NCBI RefSeq assembly: GCF_001194135.2
Contig: NC_068989.1
Coordinates: 34,850,417 to 34,901,207 of the forward strand
Length of the DNA stretch: 50,791 nucleotides
Source of the DNA: Octopus bimaculoides
Taxonomy: Eukaryota
Direction: 5' to 3'
Shown: positions 37,563 to 48,819 of the stretch, piece by piece
Layout of the letters: each line of letters begins with the position of its first letter
Numbering within the stretch: the stretch's first letter is position 1
Notes under the pieces: model-generated
Told to the model about the DNA's origin: nothing
The model's input: only the letters and a program-made list of their open reading frames with translations
Databases searched by the model: none
Program-made: the position numbers and the translations under genes

Positions 37563-40500
37563 GTGGTGGTGGTGGTGGTGGTTTAACATTCGTTTTCCAT
37601 GCAGGCATGGATTGGATGGTTTGACTGGGGACTGGCAAGTCAGGAGGCTGCACCAGGCTCCAATCTGATCTGGCAATGCTTCTACAGCAGGATGCCCTTC
37701 CTAACGCCAACCGTTCCAAGAGTGTAGTGGGTGCTTTTTACATGCCACCGGCATAGGAGCCAGTCAGGTGACACTGGCATTGGCCATGTTTGGATGGTAC
37801 TATTTACGTGCTATTGGCACAGGAGCCAGTCGNNNNNNNNNNNNNNNNNNNNNNNNNNNNNNNNNNNNNNNNNNNNNNNNNNNNNNNNNNNNNNNNNNNN
37901 NNNNNNNNNNNNNNNNNNNNNNNNNNNNNNNNNNNNNNNNNNNNNNNNNNNNNNNNNNNNNNCATGCATGAATAATGCTTATTGCATGCCACTAGCATGG
38001 GAGCCAATCAGGCGGCACTGGCATTGGCCACAACTACAATTTCCATTTGATTGTGATTTGATTTGGTTTGATTTTGATTTTGATTTTACTTGACTCAATA
38101 GGTCTCCTCAAGCACAGCATGTTGCCTGACGATTCAAAGGTACTTTTTAAATGGACTGGTCATGCGACACTGGTGTAGGCTATGGCTGTGATCTCACTTT
38201 ACTTGCCAGGTTTTCTCAATCACAGCATATCTCCAGAGGTCTTGGTTTTTTGTCATTCATTGCCTCTGTGAGGCCCAACATTCAAAGTTCATGCTTCACC
38301 ACTTCATCTCATGTCTTCCTGGGTCTCCCTCTTCCACAAATTTCTTCCACTGTTAGGGACTGACACTTCTTCACACAGCTCTCCTCATCCATATGCAGTA
38401 CATGACCATACCAGCGCAGTCGTCTCTATTGCATGCCACATCTAATGCTTCTTATGTCCAACATTTCTCTCAGGGCACTTACACTCTGTCGTGTGTGCAC
38501 ACTGACGTTACACATCATACTAGTTTCATTTCTTTCAAGCCTACGCATGTCTTCAGCAGTAATGACCCATATTTCACTGCTGTGTAGCATGGCAGTTCGC
38601 ACACATGCATCACACAATCTACCTTTCACTCTGAGCAAGATGCCCTTTGTCACCAGTAGAGGTAGGAGCTTTCTGAACTTTGCCCCAGGCTATTCTTATT
38701 CTAGTGGCAACGCTCTCCAAGCACCCACCCCTACTACAGACTTAGTCATCTAGGTAGCAGAAGCTATCAACTACCTCTAGTTTCTCCCCTTGGCATGTGA
38801 TGGAATCAGAGCATCTGCGGTGTTTATTGTCCCTGTGCATCTGCCGCACACAAAAGCTATCTTCCTGGTTAACCTTCCCTTGATGTTACTGCACCTCTTA
38901 CGCATCCATAGCTTACATTGGGTACATCTTATGGAGTTTCTACCTACACCTTTTCTGAAGATTGAGCAGGGCCATCTACATGAAGGGGTTTGTGATGTGT
39001 TCGCCTTCCTACTTACTGGGACTTTGGTTTTTGCAGCATTGACTCTAAGGCTCTTTGATTCTAAACCTTGCTTCCACACCTGAAATTTCTTCTAGTTCTG
39101 GTAGTGATTCCGCTATGAGAACAAGGTCATCAGCATAAAGGAGCTCCCAGGGGGCAACCTGTCTTGAATTCCTCTGTTATTGCCTGGAAGGCTATGATGG
39201 ATAGGGGGGGTGAAGTCTGATCCTTGGTGAACCCCCTACTTCTACCCGGAATTCTTCACTATACTAATTGCTGACCCTTACCTTACTAACGGCATCCCTG
39301 TACAGCTCTTATTAACCACTCGTCAATCCTCAGTTTCTGCATTGCCCACCAGATAAGAGATCGGGGAACCCTGTCAGGGCTTTCTCCAAGTCAACAAAAG
39401 CCAAGTATAGGATTTCTCTTTGGCTAGGTATTTCTGCTGCAGTTGTACCAGGAATATAGCATCAGTGGTGCTTCTATCTGGCACAAAACCGAACTGCATC
39501 TCATCTAAGCATACTCTCTTCCAAATTAGTTGGGCTATGACCCTCTCCATGACCTTTGTCACCTGATAAAGCAGTTTCATACCCCTGTAGTTATTTCTAT
39601 CTAAAGCATCACCTTTACCTTTGTGGCAGTTGACTATGGTGCTGCTACGCTAGTCATTGGGAATGACACCTTTGTGAACTACATGGTTTACAATACAGGT
39701 GACTAAGCCATAACCTACACCACCAGATATTTTAAGCATCTCAGCAGTGATTTCTGACAGGCCGGGGGCTTTTCCTGATTTCATATCCTTAGTTGTTTTA
39801 TCTACCAGGGTGCTATCTATTCAGGTAGCTGGTCCCTCTACTGGGTCAACATTTAGAAGGCTCTCCTCCTCCTATTCATTCTCTACATTCAGCAGTCTTT
39901 CATAATGGCTTCTCCAAGCCTCTTTCTTTGCAGAATCATTAAAAGCAAGTGCATCATCATCCATGCGGACACATTTCTCTCCTGTGACATCACAATTTTC
40001 TCTCATACACTGTCTTGCAATCCAAAATACTTCAGTTCTTTGATCCTTACTTCACTGAACATTGGCAAACTTCTTTTTTGTTTCTTCCTTGGTTATGTAT
40101 ACCTGTCGCCCAGCCTCCCTTCTGGCTATCTAGTACATTTCCCTGCTAACCCCACTCCACTCTTCCAGGCTTTTCAGACCTGTTTCTTTGCTCTAATGGC
40201 CTTATCTACCGTATTATTCCACCACCATGTTACTCTAGGTCTGGAAGGGATTTTGCACAAGCTGTAGATTTGGTCTGTGGCTCTTGGTAAGCTGTCCCAT
40301 AGGAATTTCCAAGTCTGTAGCTCCTCGTCCCTCTCATCAAATTTCTCAATGAGGATGTCCCTAAATCTCTGACCATGTGAAGGGTTCTTTAGCTTCCAAA
40401 ACCTTCTTTTCTGGATTGGTCTGCTTCTTGACATCCTTCTGGCCTCGAGTCTAAAGTCACTAATAACTAGTCTATACTGGGGAGTACATTCTTCACCAAA

Positions 40501-41200
40501 GAGGGTCTTTTTATTTAAGAGTAACCTTGCATCCTGCTGTCTGGTGAGGATGAAATCAATCTGGCTAGCAGAGTCACCCGATTGATAGGTTATCAGGTGG
40601 CTGTCTGGCTTCCTGAAGTTAGTGTTGCAGATTAATTGGTTGCATGCATCACAGAACTCCAGTATCCTAGTTCTCTCTTCGTTTCGGGAACCAGTTCCAT
40701 GGTCCCTGTGAGCACCATGGAGGATACTGGATTGCCGTCTGACATGCCCATTAAAATCTCCAGCTGCAAAAATAAGGTCATTGCCACTTGCCTTTGAGGT
40801 AGCCTGTAGAAGGGTGTCATAAAAGTGGTTCTTCTGATCATTTGGTAGGTCTGCTTGTGGGGCGTAGGCAGAGATAATTGTAGCTATACTATTCTGCAGG
40901 ACTAGCTTGAGCTTAAGTACTCTATCGCATACCCTGACTACCTCTATGACCTTATTCACCCATTTCTCCGCAAGGAGTATGTCTACATCCCCTACTCCAT
41001 CACTGTTACCTTCCCAGAAGATTTTATACCTGTACCTTGCCTGTGAGGACCCTGGCTGATGCTCCTCTCCACCTTACCTCTTGTATGCAGCATACATCAA
41101 CACGTCACCATTCAAGCATCTCTACAATCTCACTAGACCTACCTTTCAATGTGCCTACATTGACAGTGCCAACTCTAAAAACTGGGAAAGGAATGTGGGA
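37563..41200 (-). mobile_element. Near full-length degenerate RTE LINE (APE, RT, Cys-rich finger, C-terminus, 3' UTR)
   Basis: APE start RVGTVNVGTLKGR near 41180; ORF 40174-40959 (SAYAPQ, AGDFNGHV, SQIDFIL); RT QFGFVP..STTDAIF; CS..RKGVGRNSIRCTQCKLW..RC...CGRC; 3' UTR shared with other copies. Confidence 0.9.
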
Positions 41201-41479
41201 GGAGGCATGAGGAGGGGTGATGTTATTCAGTCCCTGAAAAGAAGGTTTCATGTTTGTTTGATAGACATGCTACACCTGTTCTCATCATTCAAACATTCTG
41301 GCGTGTTAAGATTCTTGCCTCTACTAGGGGTAGGAGTAGATGTTAGTGGCGTTGTAAGTATAAGCATTATGGACATTGTAAAAACGTAAATTTAAGCATT
41401 ACTGGTGTTGCAGATATAAGTAAGTAAATCAATAGAGATAGATAAAGCAGAATATGAATATCAATATGCCAAGGTTAGA

Positions 41480-41940
41480 TTAAGAAGGTGGGCAGCTAAA
41501 CTAGTTGCATTTGTCCCAGGAAAGAGAGAGAGAGAGAGAGGAAATTGCAGGTATGATAGAAGATATCACCAGTGAGGGAGGGAGTTTCTGGTGAGAGAAG
41601 AGAGGAACAAGCACGCCCATACACACACACACAAGAGCAAACACATGCATGCACACGTGCACACACACACACACGCATACAAGACAAGCACGCACACAGA
41701 CAAGAATAAGCACACACACAGAGGAACAAGCACACATGTACAGCCCATTAGCTTTCTCTTTCTACTTCGATACATCCATGGAAATTACCAAGTAGTTGAC
41801 AAATTTCGATTCGAAATGATAGATAGCCAATTAAGTAGGTGGGCAGCTAAACTAGTTGCATTTGTCCTGGGAGAGGAGATTGCAGGTATGATAGAGAATA
41901 CCACCAGTGAAGGAGGGGGTTTCCAGTGAGAGAAGAGAGA
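41480..41940 (+). repeat. Local direct duplication of about 120 bp (41480-41602 and 41831-41940), followed by three roughly 32-bp units to about 42025
   Basis: taag.aggtgggcagctaaactagttgcatttgtcc...gcaggtatgatag occurs twice. Confidence 0.75.
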
Positions 41941-42769
41941 TATCTGGTGATGGTGGTGGGAGAAAAGAGACATCCGGTAATGGTGGTGGAAGAAGAGAGA
42001 GATATTCGGTATTGGTGGTGGGGGTGGGAATGGGTGTACGCACTGCGAACAAGCAAGGGTTAATTTAGAGAGATGGTACAAAAAAATATGTAACCAACTT
42101 GAGAACACAGGAGGGAAGGAGAGATTTCATTTAGAAAATTGCATGAAGAATTAAGGTGAAACACAGGCTGAGAAAGAGAGATTAGAAAGTTTCAATAATT
42201 AGCTTACGAAAGTAGATATTAGTAAATAATACATATTAAAGCGAATGGCGAATGAATGCGTGAAAAGATTGGAAAATGAAAGAATATCTTAGCTTAGCAA
42301 TGCATAATTGGGCATCCAAGAACCATCTATGTTGGAATGAGTTGCATGAAAAACAGGAGGGATATTTGGCTGCTATTTTCAGTTTGAAGATTTCTTCATT
42401 AGCATTACCATATACAAACAATGAAGACGGTATGAACAAGTCCTGTGGAAGTGGGATGTGATGATGTAAAGTTATTGTGAGGCATGGTCCAGACATATGT
42501 GCTGTTTGTTATTGTTAATCGGTTATACAAATATTAGTACAAATGGAATGATTGGATCTTCACTTCAACTAGACTGTAGATATTTTATTGTTGTGTGGGA
42601 CACTTAATTCTCTTGTCTCAGTTCACCTTTATCTGCCATACCTCTTTGGAATGTTACCATCACATACCAACATGTTTCAGCAACTAGCTAAAGCATGTGC
42701 TGCATCCTCTCCAGCCATCTTCTACTGCAGCTACAACAATCCCTGCTCCTCTGAATATCCTAACTGCAT

Positions 42770-43060
42770 ACCACTTCCACTCATGGCCATCTGGTAACAT
42801 ATCTGACTTGTTGAGTATAGAGCTCCTCCCTTGAGACACATAATCTTGCAAGCCGTGTGGTAACATCACTAGTGCTGGTGGCACAAAGAAAAAGCACCCC
42901 AGTAAGCTCTGTAAAATGGTTGATGTTAGGAAAAAACATCCAGCTGTAAAACCATGCCAAAGCAGACATTGGGCATGATGCAGACATTGAAACCATTGGA
43001 TTCTGGCAAACTGTCCAACCCATGCCAGCATGGAATATGAACATTAGATGATGATGATGT
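42770..43060 (+). mobile_element. SINE/RTE tail fragment ending in (gat)n
   Basis: Homologous to 12590-12825. Confidence 0.65.
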
Positions 43061-43295
43061 GAAAACTATATTTTTAATGACCTTGTTTATACCTTTTCTT
43101 TTAATTTCGTTGAAGAGAATTTCTAAAATATATACCTACCAATTTGTATTTGCGTACTGAATGCTCTCATTTTTAACATCCTTACAATCAAGCTGTGGTA
43201 AATAATAGCTGTAAAATGATATTTGTATTAAATAGCAAATACATCCTGTATTTTTCATACATGTTACTTATTTTTTCCATTTTATATCTTTCTAG

Positions 43296-43788
43296 CCTAC
43301 TTTGGATATCAATGACAATTTAACATTTGATACAGAGTTTGAAGATCTGTTCAGTGAAATCATGGAGATTGCCATTCCATCAGTATCCAGTAATCCAGTT
43401 GACTCATCACCAGATTCATGTTCTCTCTCTCCTATTCCATTGGCCACAACCATCACATCTAAAGAAATTGAGATGCAGACAAACCAGGAAATCACAGAAG
43501 CCATCTACTCTGACCATGACTATGTACAACGTTCACCATCTTCTAGTGACTGCAGCATCTCTCAAAAATCATGCTCATCACCAGTTCCACAGTCAGTGGA
43601 GAGTGAAGAACTCAGTCCCACTTCTTACATTAGCAATGCCGGAGAAGGAGAGGAAGAGGAGAAAGAAGAAAATGAAGAGGAGTTAGATGCAGAGCTTGCA
43701 AACCCAGAAAGCAAAGACTCATTCTCTCAGAGCTACAGCAATATAAACTTGAATGACATCAGTAATTTAGGATTATCCATAGAATTAG
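43296..43788 (+). CDS. CREB3L-like: CREB3L-like coding exon: acidic, Ser/Pro-rich activation region containing a DHDY motif
   Basis: Polypyrimidine acceptor ttatatctttctag|CCT (phase 0, compatible with exon 1); lies within ORF 43302-43880; donor TTAG|gtatgt at 43789 (phase 1). Confidence 0.75.
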
Positions 43789-43889
43789 GTATGTTCACAT
43801 TTCAAAATATTTCCAATAAAATAGTTCTTAAAACAAATAAAAAAAAAATACTGATTGCAGTTAATGTTATTGTATTCTAGAACTCATAA

Positions 43890-44130
43890 GGCCAGGGCTT
43901 AATCTGGTTTCCATGATGTACAAGTAATTGAAGTTACAACATTCCCCACTGAATAGGATGCCAGTCCATCATATGGTTAACTTTATTGTTGGAACTCATT
44001 TTCAGCTGAATAGACTGAAGTAACATAAAATAGAAGTGTTTTGCTCAAGAGCACAATGCACCACCTGGTCTGGGAATTGAAACCACAATCTTATGATCAC
44101 AAATGCAACACCCTAATTACTGAGCCACAG
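43890..44130 (-). mobile_element. Third tRNA-derived SINE family; + strand relative at about 50105-50405
   Basis: tRNA-like head (tggctcagtaattagggtgttgc...gtggtttcaattccc) and a cagtctattcagctg / cagtccactcaactg core are shared. Confidence 0.6.
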
Positions 44131-44555
44131 TGATGAAAATATTAAAAAAAATTGAATGACCTAGAGTAAATGAAAAGTAAAGGAAAAAACTACAAAAGAA
44201 TATTCACCTAACACATAATTAAAACAGACATTAATTTTGACAGGCAGAATGCACGAGTTTACTATGAATATTTGTAATATGTTACACCTGTTGACAATCA
44301 TCAGCTGTCACTATTCATTTAGCATTATACTAACAATAGTTGCTAACCATTACCCTCTAACCATTACCAATGTGTAACTGAGCTGTTAGCAAGCAGCACA
44401 GCAAGAGGCTGTTGGCAAAGTTTAGAAAGTAAAACCAACAGACTACTACTACTATTACATCATCATATAGGTTGTACACTATTTACAATACGGTGGCACT
44501 CATTTACAACAATCACAGAAAATCAAAGCAAGGATACACTAACACACCCACATGT

Positions 44556-44591
<36 letters not shown>

Positions 44592-45236
44592 ATATACATA
44601 CATACATACATATATATATATATATANNNNNNNNNNNNNNNNNNNNNNNNNNNNNNNNNNNNNNNNNNNNNNNNNNNNNNNNNNNNNNNNNNNNNNNNNN
44701 NNNNNNNNNNNNNNNNNNNNNAAAATTTCTTTAGTTTCTGTCTTACAATGTTTTGGCTGGTGTGGAGCTATAATAGAAAACACTTGCCCAAAGTGCTATG
44801 CAGTGGGACTGAACCTGCAACCAGTAAGCGCAAAAACTAACCAGTGAACAAGCACAAACACTATACCAAAAGATCTAAAATACACTGTCAGTTCTGATTA
44901 GTAACAGTTCTTGCCTGAAGATTGCAATGGCATGAAACTCAAGTTGCCAGACAAATTCTTAGTTTTAATTTCAATAAAAAAAAAACTACACCAAGACTTG
45001 TTTCTATCTCTCTGTCATACTCTAACTTCTCAACACCTTCTACAAAGCCATCTTCTTCAGTACTACACCCCTTAAGTTATGTGACCCCTGTACACACTGA
45101 CATTAGGAAGGGCTCTAAAAACTATACTTAAGCAGACAATAGAGGTTGGCATAGTTCTCTTGTTCATTGTTAAACCATTCAACCCATGCCAACATAAAAA
45201 CAGATGTTAAATTGTGATGATGATAAGGATGATTTT

Positions 45237-45269
<33 letters not shown>

Positions 45270-46113
45270 CATCCAGTTAATAACCTTATAATGTGCATTT
45301 CAAAGTTCTACAGTTATCAGCTACCATATGCTATCATACAGCAGGAATACTCCTTTTACTGGACATACATGTGGAAATCCATTAGTGTATGCAGAATTCA
45401 TCTTAAACAATATATAATTCAAGGAAATAGAATGAACAGGCTTTAATCCACATCATAACAATTGTTTCTGTGCATTAGCAACAGGTGTTAGTTGCTGAGT
45501 GTTTCATATATTATACATATTATTATATAAGTATTATATAAATATGATCCAGCAATAACTGTGTGCTCAGTATTTATATATATATATATATATATAATAT
45601 ATTGAGCTCACTTCAATGGTTGTGTGGTTAAAGCTATAAATTATGGCAACGAATAAAAATCTGACTCTGTCATTGAGCAAAATAATTAGGTCTGCTTTAT
45701 CCATTCTTCCTGACTGATATACCCTCCAGCCTTCATCAGGTGTCTTGGGGAAATTTTGAACCTGGGTTCTCATTCCTAAGGTATTTTTTGATGTTATTAT
45801 TATTATTATTCAGGTCACTGCCTGGAATCGAACTCGGAATCTTGGGGTTAGTAGTCTGCGCTCTTAACCACTACGCCATATGCCTGTGGGCAATTATGGA
45901 GTGAATTTTAGCGCTTATAAATCTAATATTTTCCTATCCTTCTGTAATACTGGTTCCCATATACTATTCGTATCTGCACTTGATCTGCTTAGGACACAAC
46001 AACCTCCTAAGCAGACCGAGTGCAGATATGAATAGCATATGCGAACCGGTATTAAGGAAGGATAGGAAAATATTAGATTTATAAGCCCTAAAATTCACTC
46101 CATAATTGCCCAT

Positions 46114-46186
46114 GAGCATATGGCGTAGTGGTTAAGAGCGCAGGCTGCTAACCCCAAAATTTCGAGTTCGATTCCAGGCAGTGATC
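46114..46186 (+). promoter_or_regulatory. tRNA-derived Pol III internal promoter (A and B box); inverted copy at about 45813-45885
   Basis: A box TGGCGTAGTGG at 46121-46131 and B box GAGTTCGATTCC at 46164-46175; no convincing cloverleaf. Confidence 0.6.
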
Positions 46187-46257
46187 TGAATAATAATAAT
46201 AATAATAACATTGAAAAATACCTTAGGAATGAGAACCCAGGTTCAAAATTTCCCCAA

Positions 46258-46303
46258 GACACCTGATGAAGGCTGGAGGGTATATCAGCCGAAACGTTGT
46301 GTT
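46258..46303 (+). ncRNA. Minimal type I hammerhead ribozyme motif (Penelope-type)
   Basis: Stem I GACAC/GTGTT; core CTGATGA plus extra A; stem II GGCTG/CAGCC with 10-nt loop; GAAA; palindromic ACGT stem III; GUU cleavage triplet, predicted cut after 46298. Confidence 0.75.
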
Positions 46304-46806
46304 AACAACAAACAAGATGACAAATATCCATCAAATGTAAATAATGAATGAATGAATGAATGTATGTATGTAATCAAACCAAATTTTCATCATTTTGAGC
46401 CTCTCAGCCATTTTCCAGTAATTTTGCAAATACACAGACAAACAAATAAATATGAGTGATTACAATACCCTACTTTTGCTTACGCATGCAGGATACTAAA
46501 TAAGAATTTCATTTGACAGAGTAACCTGAATGTTAAAGGGTTAAACTAGATATTTATAATCATAATGTAATAACATTTTTTCTTGTTATATTTACCATGT
46601 TTATTTCTTGTTATTACTGCTTAAGAAATGAATCATTTCTTGTTTTTATGTTTATATGAAACTAAATTTTGTCTTATGTTTTAGTATTGACAATGAGACA
46701 TTTATGCTGTGATTGTGTTTATGAAATATATTTTATTAATGTAAACACCTATTACATCTTCCTAAACTTATTTATATGTCAGTATTACAGAAAATATTAG
46801 CTAAAT

Positions 46807-47035
46807 GCTCTCTCTCACCCTCTCTCTCCCCTCTTTCTCTCTCTCTCACCCTCTCTCTCTCACCCTCTNNNNNNNNNNTCTCTCCCCTCTTTCTCTCTCT
46901 CTCACCCTCTCTCTCTCACCCTCTCTCTCTCACCCTCTCTCTCCCTCTCCCTCTTTCTCTCTCTCCGCTCTTTCTCTCTCTCCGCTCTTTCTCTCTCTCC
47001 CCTCTTTCTCTGTCTCCCTTCTTTCTCCCCCCCCA
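46807..47035 (+). repeat. CT-rich compound microsatellite (ctctctctcaccct)
   Basis: Direct inspection. Confidence 0.9.
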
Positions 47036-47149
47036 CATGTATATATAATTACAGCTGTAAAATTTGGGATAGAATTTTAAAACCTTTTTATTCATTTCCT
47101 ACAAAAGATGGAATATAAAATTTCCTCTGAGATATGTACATTCACATAC

Positions 47150-47517
47150 AAGCAGTACATAAACAATCAAACAGTACTTGTTGCACTCATTGCCATGCTC
47201 TGCTTGTTGCATAAATAACAATGCAGTACCTGTTGCATACATGGCCATGTAGTACTTGTTGGATACACAGCTAAGCAATACATAAACAGCCACACTTTAA
47301 CCTATTACATAGACAACCATGGAGTTGCTGTTGCTTGCATAGCAATGTTCTACCTGTTTGCACACAGCTTTGTAGTACTCATTTCATGTGAACCCATGCA
47401 GTACCTGTTGCTTACTTAGCTATGCAGTACCTGTGTTGCACACAGTCATGCAATGTTTGTCATATATATATATATATATATCATCATCATCGTTTAACGT
47501 CCGCTTTNNNNNNNNNN

Positions 47518-47557
<40 letters not shown>

Positions 47558-47635
47558 ATGCAATATCTGTTGCTTACATTGCTATGCAGTACTTGTATGC
47601 ATAACAAAGCAATATGTGTTGTATGCATAGCCACT
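47150..47635 (+). repeat. Degenerate minisatellite of about 26 bp (atgcagtacctgttgcatacatggcc)
   Basis: Unit recurs about ten times and is interrupted by a TA tract and an RTE-tail stub at 47480-47507. Confidence 0.65.
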
Positions 47636-48497
47636 CAGTGTCCAGTGCATGTCCTGACACTCAAAGACACTATCACCGTCAATGAAGTTGCACTAACAAA
47701 TGTGTTTTTTGTTGTTATTGAAATGAATCATTTGCATGAAATTTGAAAGCTTATATGTAAAGTGTGCAAACTACTGGTGCTACCTACTGGCCTAAGGTTC
47801 TTTTAGTCAACTCACTTATTACTCATTTCATTCATGACTTGGTATATTGGCTTTTCTGGCTTAGAGAGAATGTTGATCATGAATCAAAAACAGATAATTT
47901 ATTTGTTGTTTTTTTTTTTTTTTGAATTTCCCTTTTATTGAACAGAGCTTGCTGAAATAGAAATAACCAAATATCATGTAATCAACTACATTAAAGTAGT
48001 TAAGTAGTTAAGATCTTGCCAACTAGTGATTAAACCCTTTGACTATACAGTGTACAAAAATAGGAGTTATGAAATTAAATACCTTTTCCAAGAAAGATAG
48101 ACAAGTAAAATGAAAGTGAGAATATAATCTCAGTCATGGGTTGTATTTGCTGCAAGCTTGCTGCTATTTTACAATTGTTATCCAATTGTTCGCAAAGTAG
48201 AATAAGGTAGTTTGGGTTCATTGGAAAAGAGAAATTATTACTATTATTGACTATATATAATTTAGTATAGTTATTATTTCTTACTTTTCTGAGGAAGGGT
48301 CCCACTTGAAATGCCTAATCTCTCTCTTTTTTTCCCTCACAGCAAACTAACTTATATTCACTTTATTCATTTTTTAAGTTAGTTTATACAGGACTAACTG
48401 TTTCATTTATCAACTTGTGTTTTTATTTCTATTGTATAGATTATATATAACCTTTTGAAAAATATTCTCCTTTTATTTTCTTAACTGTTTTATAAAG

Positions 48498-48673
48498 GTT
48501 CTGGTGGTGAAAGTATCTCAACTAACAATGCCTGGGTGCTTAACGATAATGTTGTTAGCACTGAACCTACGCAGACAATCAAAGTTATTCGCTTACCTTC
48601 CGAAAAAACGTCTGATTCTCTGTCATACACCATTAAACATGATTCTCAGTCAACATTAACAGCCAAAAATAAT
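48498..48673 (+). CDS. CREB3L-like: CREB3L-like next coding exon (GSGGESISTNNAWVLND...STLTAKNN)
   Basis: Acceptor ttttataaag|GT completes the phase-1 Gly codon of the previous exon; open frame overlaps ORF 48536-48805; phase-0 donor AAT|gtgagt at 48674. Confidence 0.65.
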
Positions 48674-48819
48674 GTGAGTACTTCTTTTTACTGCATGGCT
48701 ATTATTATTATAGGGCAGAAAGGGTGTGTGTATTATTGCCTCAAGTCAGCCTTGTTTAAGCATACCTATGATAAAAGGCTTTCTAGCCATGACCCATATG
48801 TTTAAAATTATTATAGCTA

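Larger units (their letters stand above)
45714..46345. mobile_element. Fold-back Penelope-like terminal-repeat element with tRNA-like heads and a hammerhead motif
   Basis: Arms 45714-45994 and 46005-46288 are reverse complements (about 92% by eye) around a 10-nt loop. The right arm continues into CCGAAACGTT, the CTGATGAAG...CGAAACG signature of Penelope-like repeats. Confidence 0.75.
1871..47517. other. Nine assembly gaps, approximately 1871-2631, 3181-3758, 21753-22459, 23513-24082, 25217-25637, 37833-37962, 44627-44721, 46869-46878 and 47508-47517
   Basis: Runs of n, mostly next to TA/CA microsatellites or repeats. Confidence 0.95.

Noticed and set aside
43292-43686. ORFs 43327-43686 (+) and 43292-43504 (-)
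   Set aside because: Alternative frames of the real exon.
46114-46186. Possible tRNA gene (and inverted copy at about 45813-45885)
   Set aside because: A and B boxes are present, but there is no proper acceptor or anticodon stem and it is embedded in a repeat; treated as a SINE-like head.
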